Made by a program: the position numbers and the translations under genes | Shown: piece after piece, positions 29,041-37,558 of the stretch | How positions within the stretch are numbered: position 1 is the stretch's first letter | How the letters are laid out: every line of letters starts with the position of its first letter | Notes under the pieces: generated by a model | What the model was told of the DNA's origin: nothing | The model's input: the letters and a program-made list of their open reading frames with translations, nothing else | Databases searched by the model: none | Source of the DNA: a virus | DNA length: 64,000 bases | IMG/VR virus record: IMGVR_UViG_3300049202_000001 | Reading direction: 5' to 3' (one strand)

Positions 29041-29824
29041 TCGCCTTGTCCCTTCTCATATCATTCGCCACGTAAATCTTATCCAGTACACCGTGGAACT
29101 TGTCCACGCCAGCGCTGAACAGTCCGTGGGTAACGTACAAGCAAATCTTCCCAGTTGTGAGCTTGCGTAGCTCTGTAGCAAGAGCCACAAACGTCCCGCC
29201 AGCATCAAGAATGTCGTCCACGATTAGGAAGTCTTGGTTGCCGATGTGTGGGATACCAACGGTGCTGGTAGCTACAATCTTACCGCTAGCAAGGTCGCGT
29301 ACCTTGCTAGCTTGTACAAAACCAACGAAGCCGCCCTCTTGTGCAAATTTGTGTGCTTTCTTCGATGCTCCTGAGTCAGGAGCTACGATGATAGTGTTAG
29401 CAATGTTTTTACGCAACTGTGGACGGCTCGACATCGCCCATTGTTCATGTACTACAGTGTTATTGAACAAAGCAGCAGTAACATCTGAATGCGGGTCGAG
29501 GATGCAGACGGCTTCAAAGTTTAAGGCATTGATGAAGTCTGCTACTACTTTAATGGACAAGCTTTCACCTTCATTGCAAACACGGTCTTGACGAGCGTAA
29601 GGCGCATATCCCATCCACAGTTTCAACTTCTTAGTCGGAAACTTCCTGCGGCAGGCATCAGCCAATAAGGCTAGATCGAATAGATCACCGTTATTCTCGA
29701 ACGCCAGTTCCAGAGTTAGGTCAGGTTCCAATGGAGAGTTCATGGTTACACGAATGCACGACTCACCTCCGGGGAACGTTGTCTTGGTGAAGCCTTCGGG
29801 GTAGCCTACAATATGAACGCTCAT
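29009..29824 (-). CDS. Ribose-phosphate pyrophosphokinase-like enzyme (Prs-like; possible ADPR-PP synthetase)
   Basis: Prs hallmarks YAPYARQDR and the PRPP loop LIVDDILDAGGT. At 271 aa it is shorter than cellular Prs. Confidence 0.75.
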   Translation of the reverse strand: MSVHIVGYPEGFTKTTFPGGESCIRVTMNSPLEPDLTLELAFENNGDLFDLALLADACRRKFPTKKLKLWMGYAPYARQDRVCNEGESLSIKVVADFINALNFEAVCILDPHSDVTAALFNNTVVHEQWAMSSRPQLRKNIANTIIVAPDSGASKKAHKFAQEGGFVGFVQASKVRDLASGKIVATSTVGIPHIGNQDFLIVDDILDAGGTFVALATELRKLTTGKICLYVTHGLFSAGVDKFHGVLDKIYVANDMRRDKANDTYGILEKL

Positions 29825-30018
29825 ACGTATGCTCCTTCACGGAGTACACGAATCCAGCACTCGCCTACTTCTTTGTTTTTTACACGCTTGATGTCACAGT
29901 ATGACCCAGCACGAATCTTCTCCAGTGGACATCCGTTCTCGCCAAGCGCACGTGACAGGTTTGGGTTATAGCACCAGCCGGGAATAAACCGGCCTTCACG
30001 TTTGTTACGACTCTGCAT
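29821..30018 (-). CDS. Hypothetical protein
   Basis: 65-aa ORF, coupled (ATGA overlap) to its neighbours. Confidence 0.5.
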   Translation of the reverse strand: MQSRNKREGRFIPGWCYNPNLSRALGENGCPLEKIRAGSYCDIKRVKNKEVGECWIRVLREGAYV

Positions 30019-30440
30019 TACATGTTCTCCTTGTAAGTTGCGATACGATGCTTCAGACGAGCGATAGCAAGTTCCTTGTCAGTACAACCTACTGAAATAA
30101 GATCACCATACTCATCATACTTCGTATCAAAACCCAACGTAGCGTCCAACAATCCACTTGCATGACTGTGGAAAAGTTCTTTCATTGAGTTACACCCGAA
30201 GAGTTCATCACCTGCGTCGTTCCACACACTGACGCCGTTGACGGATGGAGTATCATACTTATTCCATCTCATTCCTTGTGCTTGAAACTCTGGCATCGTA
30301 CATGCCAAGCCAGCCACGCAGAGGATAGTTCCACATTCGGATTCCTGTTTCCAAGCGCACAGAGCGAATAACGCTTCAGGCTGTGCTTCTACTGCTTCCA
30401 GCAGCGTTTCCAGATTACTGATGATTGTTGCATTGCTCAT
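30018..30440 (-). CDS. Hypothetical protein
   Basis: 140-aa ORF in an operon array. No motif recognised. Confidence 0.55.
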   Translation of the reverse strand: MSNATIISNLETLLEAVEAQPEALFALCAWKQESECGTILCVAGLACTMPEFQAQGMRWNKYDTPSVNGVSVWNDAGDELFGCNSMKELFHSHASGLLDATLGFDTKYDEYGDLISVGCTDKELAIARLKHRIATYKENM

Positions 30441-30643
30441 TTTTCTTCTCCTTGTTCAACGTCCGAATACGGACAGTTTTCAACACCGGGGCATGAAAAG
30501 CCACCAGCATCCTCTTGTTGCTCACATTGACAACGCTTGTTGCGCTTCTTATTAAACGTTACAAGGTACTCTTTATATTCGTCCCATTCAGTCATCACAG
30601 CTTCCATAGGTTGGTTGCAGGAAGTCACAAAGAAGCGCAACAA
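30437..30643 (-). CDS. Hypothetical Cys-rich small protein
   Basis: 68-aa ORF. The true start may be ATG 30607 or 30595. CQCE...CPGVENCP. Confidence 0.45.
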   Translation of the reverse strand: MLRFFVTSCNQPMEAVMTEWDEYKEYLVTFNKKRNKRCQCEQQEDAGGFSCPGVENCPYSDVEQGEEK

Positions 30644-30770
30644 TTATAGCACAGAACATAACTGTGGTGCAGTGCCAGCGTGCCGGCTCACTCCACAGCG
30701 CAATATTGAAGTTTGCCGCACCAAAGGCAAAGCCAAGATAAACTACCAACACTACAATTGCAATTTTCAT
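30588..30770 (-). CDS. Small membrane protein
   Basis: 60 aa with two hydrophobic helices. Confidence 0.5.
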   Translation of the reverse strand: MKIAIVVLVVYLGFAFGAANFNIALWSEPARWHCTTVMFCAIIVALLCDFLQPTYGSCDD

Positions 30771-31168
30771 TTTTCCTCCTTAGTAAGTTGGAAGTATTTC
30801 ATAATATTGTGTACATGATGCCTACGCTCTCCACGGAGAAAGATCAGTTGAGTATTGCCTACATAAACTTCCTCGCTCTTGTACTCAGCAAGAATGAAAC
30901 CGTTCTCGCTTAGCTCTTTAAGCCACTCGTCATCATACAACCAGCTACGAAGTTGGTCAATTGAAACGAAGCCATAGTGAAGCGTCTCGATCTTGGTATA
31001 TGCTCGATGGCCAGCAGCAGTAATACTCGCAATAAGCAAACTGTCACGCTCTGGTTCAGGATGTCGAGAATCAGTAGAGTACGAGCTAATTTCATACAGC
31101 CCTCCCATACCACTGTATATCCCGCGCCTGTTATCTTTACGTTCGACACGGTACACAATTTGCTTCAT
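30767..31168 (-). CDS. Hypothetical protein
   Basis: 133-aa ORF with an RBS. No motif recognised. Confidence 0.55.
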   Translation of the reverse strand: MKQIVYRVERKDNRRGIYSGMGGLYEISSYSTDSRHPEPERDSLLIASITAAGHRAYTKIETLHYGFVSIDQLRSWLYDDEWLKELSENGFILAEYKSEEVYVGNTQLIFLRGERRHHVHNIMKYFQLTKEEK

Positions 31169-31209
31169 GTTCGTCCCTCGTTAGTTGGTATGAACGAGAG
31201 TATGTACTG

Positions 31210-31695
31210 TTAGCTATTTTCTGTCAAGTAGTTTGGAAAAATAATTTCGCATTTGTCCTGCAACAGATCGAGAGCATCAGCACTGATACGGAGCGGATAC
31301 AGAATAGCCCGCTTCTCTAGAGCAATCATCCGGTGAAGCATGTCCAAACTTCCGGTACTCTCTCCGTCCCATACAACCAACGCACAATCTGCCACCTGTG
31401 CCATTTCCTCGTTACGCCAGTGACCCGCCAACAAATTAAATGGCTTGCCATTCTTATTGTAACGAACGACAGCGCCGGCAGCTTTGATATCGTCCCAGTT
31501 CGCAGGCTTAGCGATTGGCTTCTTCAGTCCAGCTTTCTCTGCGAAGATGAGTCCATGCTTATCTGGGCCTTCAGCAAGCCCAGAGACGACGACAATACTC
31601 TTCCCGTATTGATGCCACAAACCGCTGTTGATAATAGCTTGACGCGTGATGTTATAGTCTTTAATGCTACGAGAGCCTGCGATAATTAGCTTCAT
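31210..31695 (-). CDS. SLOG-fold nucleotide-binding protein (DUF2493/YspA-like)
   Basis: N-terminal MKLIIAGSRS, then VVSGLAEGPD and VVWDGESTGS, fit the Rossmann-like SLOG/DUF2493 pattern. Confidence 0.55.
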   Translation of the reverse strand: MKLIIAGSRSIKDYNITRQAIINSGLWHQYGKSIVVVSGLAEGPDKHGLIFAEKAGLKKPIAKPANWDDIKAAGAVVRYNKNGKPFNLLAGHWRNEEMAQVADCALVVWDGESTGSLDMLHRMIALEKRAILYPLRISADALDLLQDKCEIIFPNYLTENS

Positions 31696-31874
31696 GTTGC
31701 TTGTTCCTTGCTAAGTGCATCCAAATACTCGTTGGTGCAGCGGACAGCATTTTCGTGTGGCATGTGCGGTGCATAATACAGGAACAGAATCTCCCAGAGG
31801 GAAGGTTCAGGCCCGGACTCTACTCGGGCGATTTGAGGCTGAAATTCGGCCAGTTGATGGATTGTTTTCGTCAT
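31692..31874 (-). CDS. Hypothetical protein
   Basis: 60-aa ORF coupled to its neighbours. Confidence 0.45.
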   Translation of the reverse strand: MTKTIHQLAEFQPQIARVESGPEPSLWEILFLYYAPHMPHENAVRCTNEYLDALSKEQAT

Positions 31875-32059
31875 TGCATCGATCCTCCGTCAGCAAATAC
31901 TACGCCAGCCTTGCCACAGCAAGTACACACCTTATTCTGTACGTGATAGGTAGCCAGATAGCCATTTACCTTGCCCATATAGACAGGGCCGTACACCCAA
32001 TCATGAACCCCAAAGAAGCAGAAAAATTTAGTCATAGTTTCTCCATAGATTGTACCCAA
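31871..32059 (-). CDS. Hypothetical protein
   Basis: 62-aa ORF. An internal MTKFFCFFGVHDW start is possible. Confidence 0.45.
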   Translation of the reverse strand: MGTIYGETMTKFFCFFGVHDWVYGPVYMGKVNGYLATYHVQNKVCTCCGKAGVVFADGGSMQ

Positions 32060-32331
32060 GCATTCGGGTTATCATCAATCATAACATCAATTCGAATACC
32101 TTGCTTGTACATGTAAGGCTCCTTAGCTTTACGATTGGTTGCATAAAAGCCATGCACCTTACCGTCTAGGGCTTCATACACTTGATGCATTTCCGATTCA
32201 CTACGCCACGTCACAACGTAGATTTTGTGTCCAGCTTTACGTAGCACTTCCAATACTTTATCCCATGTCTTAGGATCACGAGTGAATGTATCGTCGTAAT
32301 CAAGTCCGATGTTCATTGCAATATCCTTCAT
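32032..32331 (-). CDS. HAD-superfamily phosphatase-like protein (putative)
   Basis: DxDxT motif (GLDYDDTF) near the N-terminus and a C-terminal DD (MIDDNP). The better-supported start is ATG 32316. Confidence 0.45.
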   Translation of the reverse strand: MKDIAMNIGLDYDDTFTRDPKTWDKVLEVLRKAGHKIYVVTWRSESEMHQVYEALDGKVHGFYATNRKAKEPYMYKQGIRIDVMIDDNPNAWVQSMEKL

Positions 32332-32479
32332 TTTGTTGTTTTACAGCCTCTTGTCTCGCCGTTTTTCTATTAACCCTGTCAACGGTTTGACGACAGGTGC
32401 GATCTTTACCAGACTTACCTGCACAGCAGCCGTACTTGCACTCCAGTTTATCCCTTCGACTGTGACCATAAGGTTTCAT
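32300..32479 (-). CDS. Small Cys-rich basic protein
   Basis: ATG at 32479 with a GGAGA RBS; the track TTG start at 32491 lies in the terminator T-run. Confidence 0.45.
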   Translation of the reverse strand: MKPYGHSRRDKLECKYGCCAGKSGKDRTCRQTVDRVNRKTARQEAVKQQNEGYCNEHRT

Positions 32480-32489
32480 TTCATTCTCC

Positions 32490-32526
32490 AAAATAAAAGG
32501 CTAGCATACCCGAAGATATACTAGCC
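32490..32526 (-). terminator. Rho-independent terminator
   Basis: Minus-strand hairpin GGCTAGTATATCTTCGGGTATGCTAGCC followed by TTTTATTTT. Confidence 0.6.
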
Positions 32527-32538
32527 TGTCAAGTAGTA

Positions 32539-32961
32539 TTAACTACGTTCGATTTTAATTGCACGCTTGTCCAAGCAGCCGACTGTAATAGTACCAGCAA
32601 TCTTGCTCCCAACAGGGCCACCTACGTACCCACAGATAGCAGTGAGAGCAGTAGGGTTGATGCTACGGATACGAAGGAACTCCATACGATCCGAGCTGAC
32701 AGGATAGACGATAGTGTCACCTACGGACAAGTCACAACCCATTACATCTTTCAGTGCAGGACGTGCAAGTACCATGTCTTGCAGAGTACCTACGACTTCG
32801 TAGTCATAGTTATCGATGTCATGCTCGTCTCCTGCATCGTCCATCACCGTAGCGTAGTTGGCAATTACTCTCGTGACGAGATACAGCTTATTGTACGTCA
32901 TGTCGAGAGTACGCACTTTAGAAGTAAATCGCACCACATCACCTTTTTTAGCTTTAGTCAT
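32539..32961 (-). CDS. Hypothetical protein
   Basis: 140-aa ORF with an RBS, preceded by a promoter. Confidence 0.55.
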   Translation of the reverse strand: MTKAKKGDVVRFTSKVRTLDMTYNKLYLVTRVIANYATVMDDAGDEHDIDNYDYEVVGTLQDMVLARPALKDVMGCDLSVGDTIVYPVSSDRMEFLRIRSINPTALTAICGYVGGPVGSKIAGTITVGCLDKRAIKIERS

Positions 32962-32993
32962 ATTGTTCTCCTTGGATTGGTAAGAAAGACTAC

Positions 32994-33022
32994 ATAGTAC
33001 ATAGCCTTTCCTACGTTGTCAA
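32994..33022 (-). promoter_or_regulatory. Sigma70-type promoter
   Basis: Minus strand: TTGACA, 17-nt spacer, TACTAT. Confidence 0.55.
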
Positions 33023-33025
33023 CAG

Positions 33026-33250
33026 TTATTTGAAATGTTTCATCAGTCCTTGGAAACCCCCAGCTACGAACAACTTATCCCCTTCGTAAATCTGAGGCAT
33101 AGCCCGATGACCTTCCTTCTTCAAGAACTCCCATGCTTCTGGGTTCTCATCGATCTTCACAACTTCAAAGTCAATACTCTTCGATTCCAACAACTTGGTG
33201 GCTGACACGCAAGCAGCACAACCTTCCATACTGTAAACAGTTAATTTCAT
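33026..33250 (-). CDS. Glutaredoxin (NrdH/Grx-like)
   Basis: 74 aa with CAAC (CxxC) at the start of helix 1, MPQIY and a GGF motif. Lies downstream of the RNR genes. Confidence 0.8.
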   Translation of the reverse strand: MKLTVYSMEGCAACVSATKLLESKSIDFEVVKIDENPEAWEFLKKEGHRAMPQIYEGDKLFVAGGFQGLMKHFK

Positions 33251-33262
33251 TTCATTCCTTTC

Positions 33263-35017
33263 TTATTGGCAGCTCAAACACTCAGATGAAGAGGACACTA
33301 CAGCACGGCTTGAGTAGATGTAGTATAGGCTATGAATATTCTCGTCCTCAAACGCAATCTGATGAAGCTCTGCGATGTACTCCTCAGTCACCCCTTTAGA
33401 CAGGTAGATGTTGATGCTCTGTCCTTGGTCAATCTCTTTTTGTGCTACGGATGCCAAGCGCAACACCACACGCTGGTCAACCTCGAATGCAGTTTTGAAC
33501 ACAGCCTTCTCTTCTTCCGTTAGCCAATCAACGTGTTGTACAGAGCCGTAGCCTTGCACTACATCCGAGATGCATTTCTTGACGTTCAATCCTTTACGTT
33601 TAATTAGGGAGAGTAGTGGAGGATTCACTCGATCCACTTCACCAGCAGAAGTTTTCTGGGTGAAGCTCATCGCTGTATCCAGTCCACGTCCTTCACTGAT
33701 TCCACCCATAATCAGCGCAGTAGACTTAGTAGGAGCTACAGATAGGCGGTGGGTGAAACGTAAACCATATCCAACGCACCACTCCGGTTCTCCAAGCTCT
33801 TTAGCCAACCATTGAGAAGCCTTCAGGGACTCTTTGTTCAAATGCTTGAAGAACTCCGCATTAAACATGTAGGCATCAATACTCTCATAAGGCATCATGT
33901 GTTCTTGCATGTAAGTGTGCAAACCTCCAGCTCCTAGGCCAATAGCACGCCCAGCTTTCGTAGACGCCACGGCCTTTTCAAGCCCCGGAATCTTCTCCGC
34001 TTGTTCAATGAATTCGGACACAACGCAATCAAGGAACACAGTGGCTACTTGAACAGCGTCGGTATCTTTCCACTCATCCCACTTTGATGCGTTCATCCAT
34101 GCCAGCACACAGGTGTAAGTGTACTTAGTTGCATCGCTGTGCAGGAAGATTTCGGTACAAAGCTGGGAAGCCTTCACCATAAATCCCATGTCCTTGTACA
34201 TCTTAGGACGGTTACGATTTACCTTGTCGATGAAGAAGAAATAGCCTTTGCCTGTTACCATCTTAACCCGCATCGCCCGATGGAAGCGTTCATGAGCTTC
34301 AAAATCTCCACGATTCAAAGCGTCGATAAACTCATCAGTAATGATCCAGCCGATGTTCAAATCGTCATCATGCTTCTCAAGATAATTCACCACTTCCCAA
34401 AAATCACCATGCATGATGTTAAGGTATGCAGCCCAAGCACCACGACGGCTTTGGCCTTGAGTGACATCACGAGACATCTCAACGTGCATTTTAATTACTG
34501 GCATTACGCCGGAGGCTTTACCTCCACCTTTAGTGACACTACCACGGGGACGCACAGGTGACAGATCAGTAGCAGTACCGAAACCTTCTTTCGACAATAG
34601 AGCCATCTCACGCAGATTAGAGTAGAAACCATTTACGGAATCATGCATCTCCGATCCTGCACACGAGACAGCACAACCACGATCTGTGCCCATGTTCGCC
34701 AGCACCGGTGTAGAGCAGGCCACCCAACCATTCCACAAGACGTTGAAGAACTTGTCTGTCCAGTATTCTTCGTAGCTATCATAATTGCCCTGCATGTAAC
34801 CTTTGAACGTACCTTCGCCGCTTCCCGGTAGTAGGGCATGTGGGGCATGCTTTGCAGCCGTACGTGCGATACGCATATACTGTTCACGAGGGTTCTCAGC
34901 TTCGTATAAATACTTCTCAACGAACATTTGGTAGCCTGCTGTTGGCATCCAATCCGGCACAGTGCCGCTTGCCTGTCCTTCCTTACGTGCCAAACTGAAA
35001 CGTTCATACTTCGACAT
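33263..35017 (-). CDS. nrdA: Ribonucleotide reductase large subunit (class I, no ATP cone)
   Basis: Catalytic SQLCTEI (NxCxE) motif and a C-terminal CxxC (CLSCQ) tail. Adjacent to the beta subunit gene. Confidence 0.85.
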   Translation of the reverse strand: MSKYERFSLARKEGQASGTVPDWMPTAGYQMFVEKYLYEAENPREQYMRIARTAAKHAPHALLPGSGEGTFKGYMQGNYDSYEEYWTDKFFNVLWNGWVACSTPVLANMGTDRGCAVSCAGSEMHDSVNGFYSNLREMALLSKEGFGTATDLSPVRPRGSVTKGGGKASGVMPVIKMHVEMSRDVTQGQSRRGAWAAYLNIMHGDFWEVVNYLEKHDDDLNIGWIITDEFIDALNRGDFEAHERFHRAMRVKMVTGKGYFFFIDKVNRNRPKMYKDMGFMVKASQLCTEIFLHSDATKYTYTCVLAWMNASKWDEWKDTDAVQVATVFLDCVVSEFIEQAEKIPGLEKAVASTKAGRAIGLGAGGLHTYMQEHMMPYESIDAYMFNAEFFKHLNKESLKASQWLAKELGEPEWCVGYGLRFTHRLSVAPTKSTALIMGGISEGRGLDTAMSFTQKTSAGEVDRVNPPLLSLIKRKGLNVKKCISDVVQGYGSVQHVDWLTEEEKAVFKTAFEVDQRVVLRLASVAQKEIDQGQSINIYLSKGVTEEYIAELHQIAFEDENIHSLYYIYSSRAVVSSSSECLSCQ

Positions 35018-36041
35018 TAGCTTCTCCCTTTACCTTCCAAACAAACCTATCTTCTTTCCAATGCGACGTGTACTCTCGTCCTTTACCTACGAAAAAGTCA
35101 TTCATCATGTAACGTTGTGCTGCACCGTAGAACCACTCAGCAATCGGATTCTCGCCAATTTTCTTCTTGCTATACAAGACAGGTACACCTAAGTCGTTAA
35201 GACAGATGTTGATACGGCTCATGACAAACTGTTTCAAGCTCAGAGCTGTAACGCCAGTACCGATGTCTCCTTTTTCCATCAACATATCCGAGATGCGGAA
35301 CTCATGTTCGGCTAGCTTCTTGGCTGCACGTCGAATACGGTTGCACAACGATTTCCACATCTTGTCAAACTCTTCCGTAGACAGGACATCTCGCAGTTCT
35401 TCAATAGCTGTACGGAATAACATAGCTCCGCCGATTTGATGCAGACCCTCATCTACTAGCGATTGGTCGATACCTCGAACAGTGTTTCCGATGAAGTTAT
35501 TACCTTTGCTTTGGAAGCTCTTGAACAATGCGAAGTTGGAGAACAGTACAGCACCTTCCATCATCGAGAAGACAGCTACACTTAACAGATCGTCTTTACT
35601 GTCTACCATCTTATCTAGAAACTTTACACGAGCATTTAGTACCTCATCATCTACGTACGAAGTATAAAATTCATCAGTATCAAGGCCCAGTACTTCATTC
35701 AGCTTGTTGTAGAACGGGGCATGAACTTGAAGTTCGAATGCTCCGAACACAGAGGCCATACGTTGTACTTCAGGCCGTGGGAAAGTCTTCATTACACGTC
35801 CCATCCAGTATTCAGTACCGGCAAACATCTCGTAGCGTGTGAACAGCTTGAGGCCGGTTGTAATAGCATGACGTGCTGCCGGCTTCACATTAATCAGCAT
35901 ATCTTGCTTATCTTTTTCTACTGAAATTTCGTTAGCAGTCCAACGGCAATCCTCAAACTGGGTATCAGCTAGTTTGATAAATTCCGGGTATAGCGTAACG
36001 TAGCTATCAGTAGGAGTCATAATTCTTGCTTTTTGCATCAT
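35004..36041 (-). CDS. nrdB: Ribonucleotide reductase small subunit
   Basis: 345 aa. Ferritin-like diiron motifs (MEGAVLF..., DEGLH) and overlap with the alpha subunit gene. Confidence 0.8.
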   Translation of the reverse strand: MMQKARIMTPTDSYVTLYPEFIKLADTQFEDCRWTANEISVEKDKQDMLINVKPAARHAITTGLKLFTRYEMFAGTEYWMGRVMKTFPRPEVQRMASVFGAFELQVHAPFYNKLNEVLGLDTDEFYTSYVDDEVLNARVKFLDKMVDSKDDLLSVAVFSMMEGAVLFSNFALFKSFQSKGNNFIGNTVRGIDQSLVDEGLHQIGGAMLFRTAIEELRDVLSTEEFDKMWKSLCNRIRRAAKKLAEHEFRISDMLMEKGDIGTGVTALSLKQFVMSRINICLNDLGVPVLYSKKKIGENPIAEWFYGAAQRYMMNDFFVGKGREYTSHWKEDRFVWKVKGEANVEV

Positions 36042-36050
36042 ACTCCTAGG

Positions 36051-36076
36051 AAATAAAGAAGGGCCGAAGCCCTTCT
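36051..36076 (-). terminator. Hairpin/terminator in the nrd leader
   Basis: Minus strand: AGAAGGGC-TTCG-GCCCTTCT followed by TTATTT, 10 nt upstream of the nrdB RBS. Confidence 0.55.
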
Positions 36077-36085
36077 AGTTAATCG

Positions 36086-36109
36086 GACGAATATTATAAC
36101 ATATTCGTC
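36086..36109 (-). promoter_or_regulatory. Perfect 9-bp palindrome spanning a TATAAT box
   Basis: GACGAATAT-N6-ATATTCGTC. The minus-strand centre reads GTTATAAT. Confidence 0.4.
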
Positions 36110-36110
36110 G

Positions 36111-36665
36111 TTAATTTGCAACAGAACGTTTCCTACGTTCCTTCTTAGCAACTTCTGGTTCCGCAGGAGTATGATACTCTACGATTGTCTTCAAGCTGCC
36201 ATCCTCTTTGAACCTGTCGGGCCTTACTTGATCTAGCAGGTTAGTTAGCACTTCAATCTGTTCCACGATGGCTGCTTCATCTGGGTTGGTCATATCGGGC
36301 GGGAAACCTTCAACAACGCCAGTGTCATAGTTCCGGCTAGTAGACAGAGCATTTGACATCTGACTGGCCAAGCTCAAGTCTTTGTAACCGGCAGCGATGA
36401 TACGGTCTTCGGCAGTAGCAAAAGCACTACGCAGGAAACGTTCGTTACATTCCACTTCACCGCACACCATGTAAGCGATGACTACCTCTCCTGCGAGGTT
36501 CCGGTGCTGACGTGCCATGTATTCGATGGGATAGTCCAGATCAAATCCCAACACTTTCAAGAACGGAGCTACCAACAAATCGTTTTGTGGGTTAATGAAG
36601 TCAATCATTCGAAGATGAGATAGCTCCGGGATACGCTTCAGATCGGTAACACTGATTGTCTTCAT
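36111..36665 (-). CDS. Hypothetical protein
   Basis: 184-aa ORF in an operon array. No motif recognised. Confidence 0.55.
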   Translation of the reverse strand: MKTISVTDLKRIPELSHLRMIDFINPQNDLLVAPFLKVLGFDLDYPIEYMARQHRNLAGEVVIAYMVCGEVECNERFLRSAFATAEDRIIAAGYKDLSLASQMSNALSTSRNYDTGVVEGFPPDMTNPDEAAIVEQIEVLTNLLDQVRPDRFKEDGSLKTIVEYHTPAEPEVAKKERRKRSVAN

Positions 36666-36871
36666 TTCTTTTGTTCCTCCGCTTGGATGATACCAATGCC
36701 GACGTGCTGTTCATCACAATTGAGTCTGATGATTCTTCCTGAAGCACATTCGATATACACTGCGTTAATACACTTGGCATCTACTTTGACGATGGTTTCA
36801 TCAAGCAGATATTCAAACCCCCTATACGGACGATTACGCATTTTAGTACGCCTTACCACCAGCGGCTTCAC
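36662..36871 (-). CDS. Hypothetical protein
   Basis: 69-aa ORF with an ATGA overlap. Confidence 0.5.
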   Translation of the reverse strand: MKPLVVRRTKMRNRPYRGFEYLLDETIVKVDAKCINAVYIECASGRIIRLNCDEQHVGIGIIQAEEQKK

Positions 36872-37259
36872 GTGCTTCTTTCTTGTGGTCTGGACGCACC
36901 TTGTTGAATGCTAGTTTTTCGTCAATAGCACCACCTAGATCAAGACCCATTGCACCACACAGGTCAGCAATACGAATCACTGCATCAGCAAACTCCACTT
37001 CAATCATTGGACGATGCTTCAGTTTGTCATCCATCAGGCCCTTACGGTGGCCTTCCATGGCTTCGCTCAGTTCGCTGTGAGACAGACAAATCTTCTGTGC
37101 CACCAGAGCACCAGCCAGCAGCTCTTCGAAAGGCGAAGCAGGGGCCAAGATGACACGTTTCAAGTCAATGCCGCTCTTTGCGTGATTCCACCAGCCAGCG
37201 TTATAGGAAGCTTCGTGGCACTCGTATACCAGTTCGTTAATATTTTCTGCGATACTCAT
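36843..37259 (-). CDS. MazG-like nucleoside triphosphate pyrophosphohydrolase
   Basis: All-alpha protein of 138 aa with SELSEAMEG...EVEFADAVIRIADL, i.e. the ExxE...ExxD metal-binding pattern of the MazG family. Confidence 0.65.
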   Translation of the reverse strand: MSIAENINELVYECHEASYNAGWWNHAKSGIDLKRVILAPASPFEELLAGALVAQKICLSHSELSEAMEGHRKGLMDDKLKHRPMIEVEFADAVIRIADLCGAMGLDLGGAIDEKLAFNKVRPDHKKEAREAAGGKAY

Positions 37260-37273
37260 TATTTCTCCTTAAA

Positions 37274-37558
37274 TTAATTCAATTCCAGCTTTTGCTGAAT
37301 CAACCATGCTTTAAGCACTGGCATTTCTTTATACTGGTAAGCCTCACCATACTCGTAATCTGACTTATCTCCCTTCATATCCTTCAACGTGGACGCGTCT
37401 GGGGTAAAGACTCCACTAATGCCGTCATCGTCTGGAACAAAATCATACAGTGTAGTGAAATGAAAACTTCGTTCCAACATAACTCTACCGTCAGAAAGAA
37501 GCACGAGAATCAATCCCGTGTCCCATACAGGTACTTCTATAAAAGTCAGAAGACTCAC
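37274..37558 (-). CDS. Hypothetical protein
   Basis: 94-aa ORF. Confidence 0.5.
   Translation of the reverse strand: MSLLTFIEVPVWDTGLILVLLSDGRVMLERSFHFTTLYDFVPDDDGISGVFTPDASTLKDMKGDKSDYEYGEAYQYKEMPVLKAWLIQQKLELN

Noticed and set aside
26782-29824. A classical three-enzyme NAD salvage pathway (Prs, NAMPT, NMNAT).
   Set aside because: It cannot be supported as complete. I found no NMNAT-like ORF (no NadR/NadD/NadM-type HxGH nucleotidyltransferase motif) in the window. It is therefore reported as an open alternative rather than as a call.
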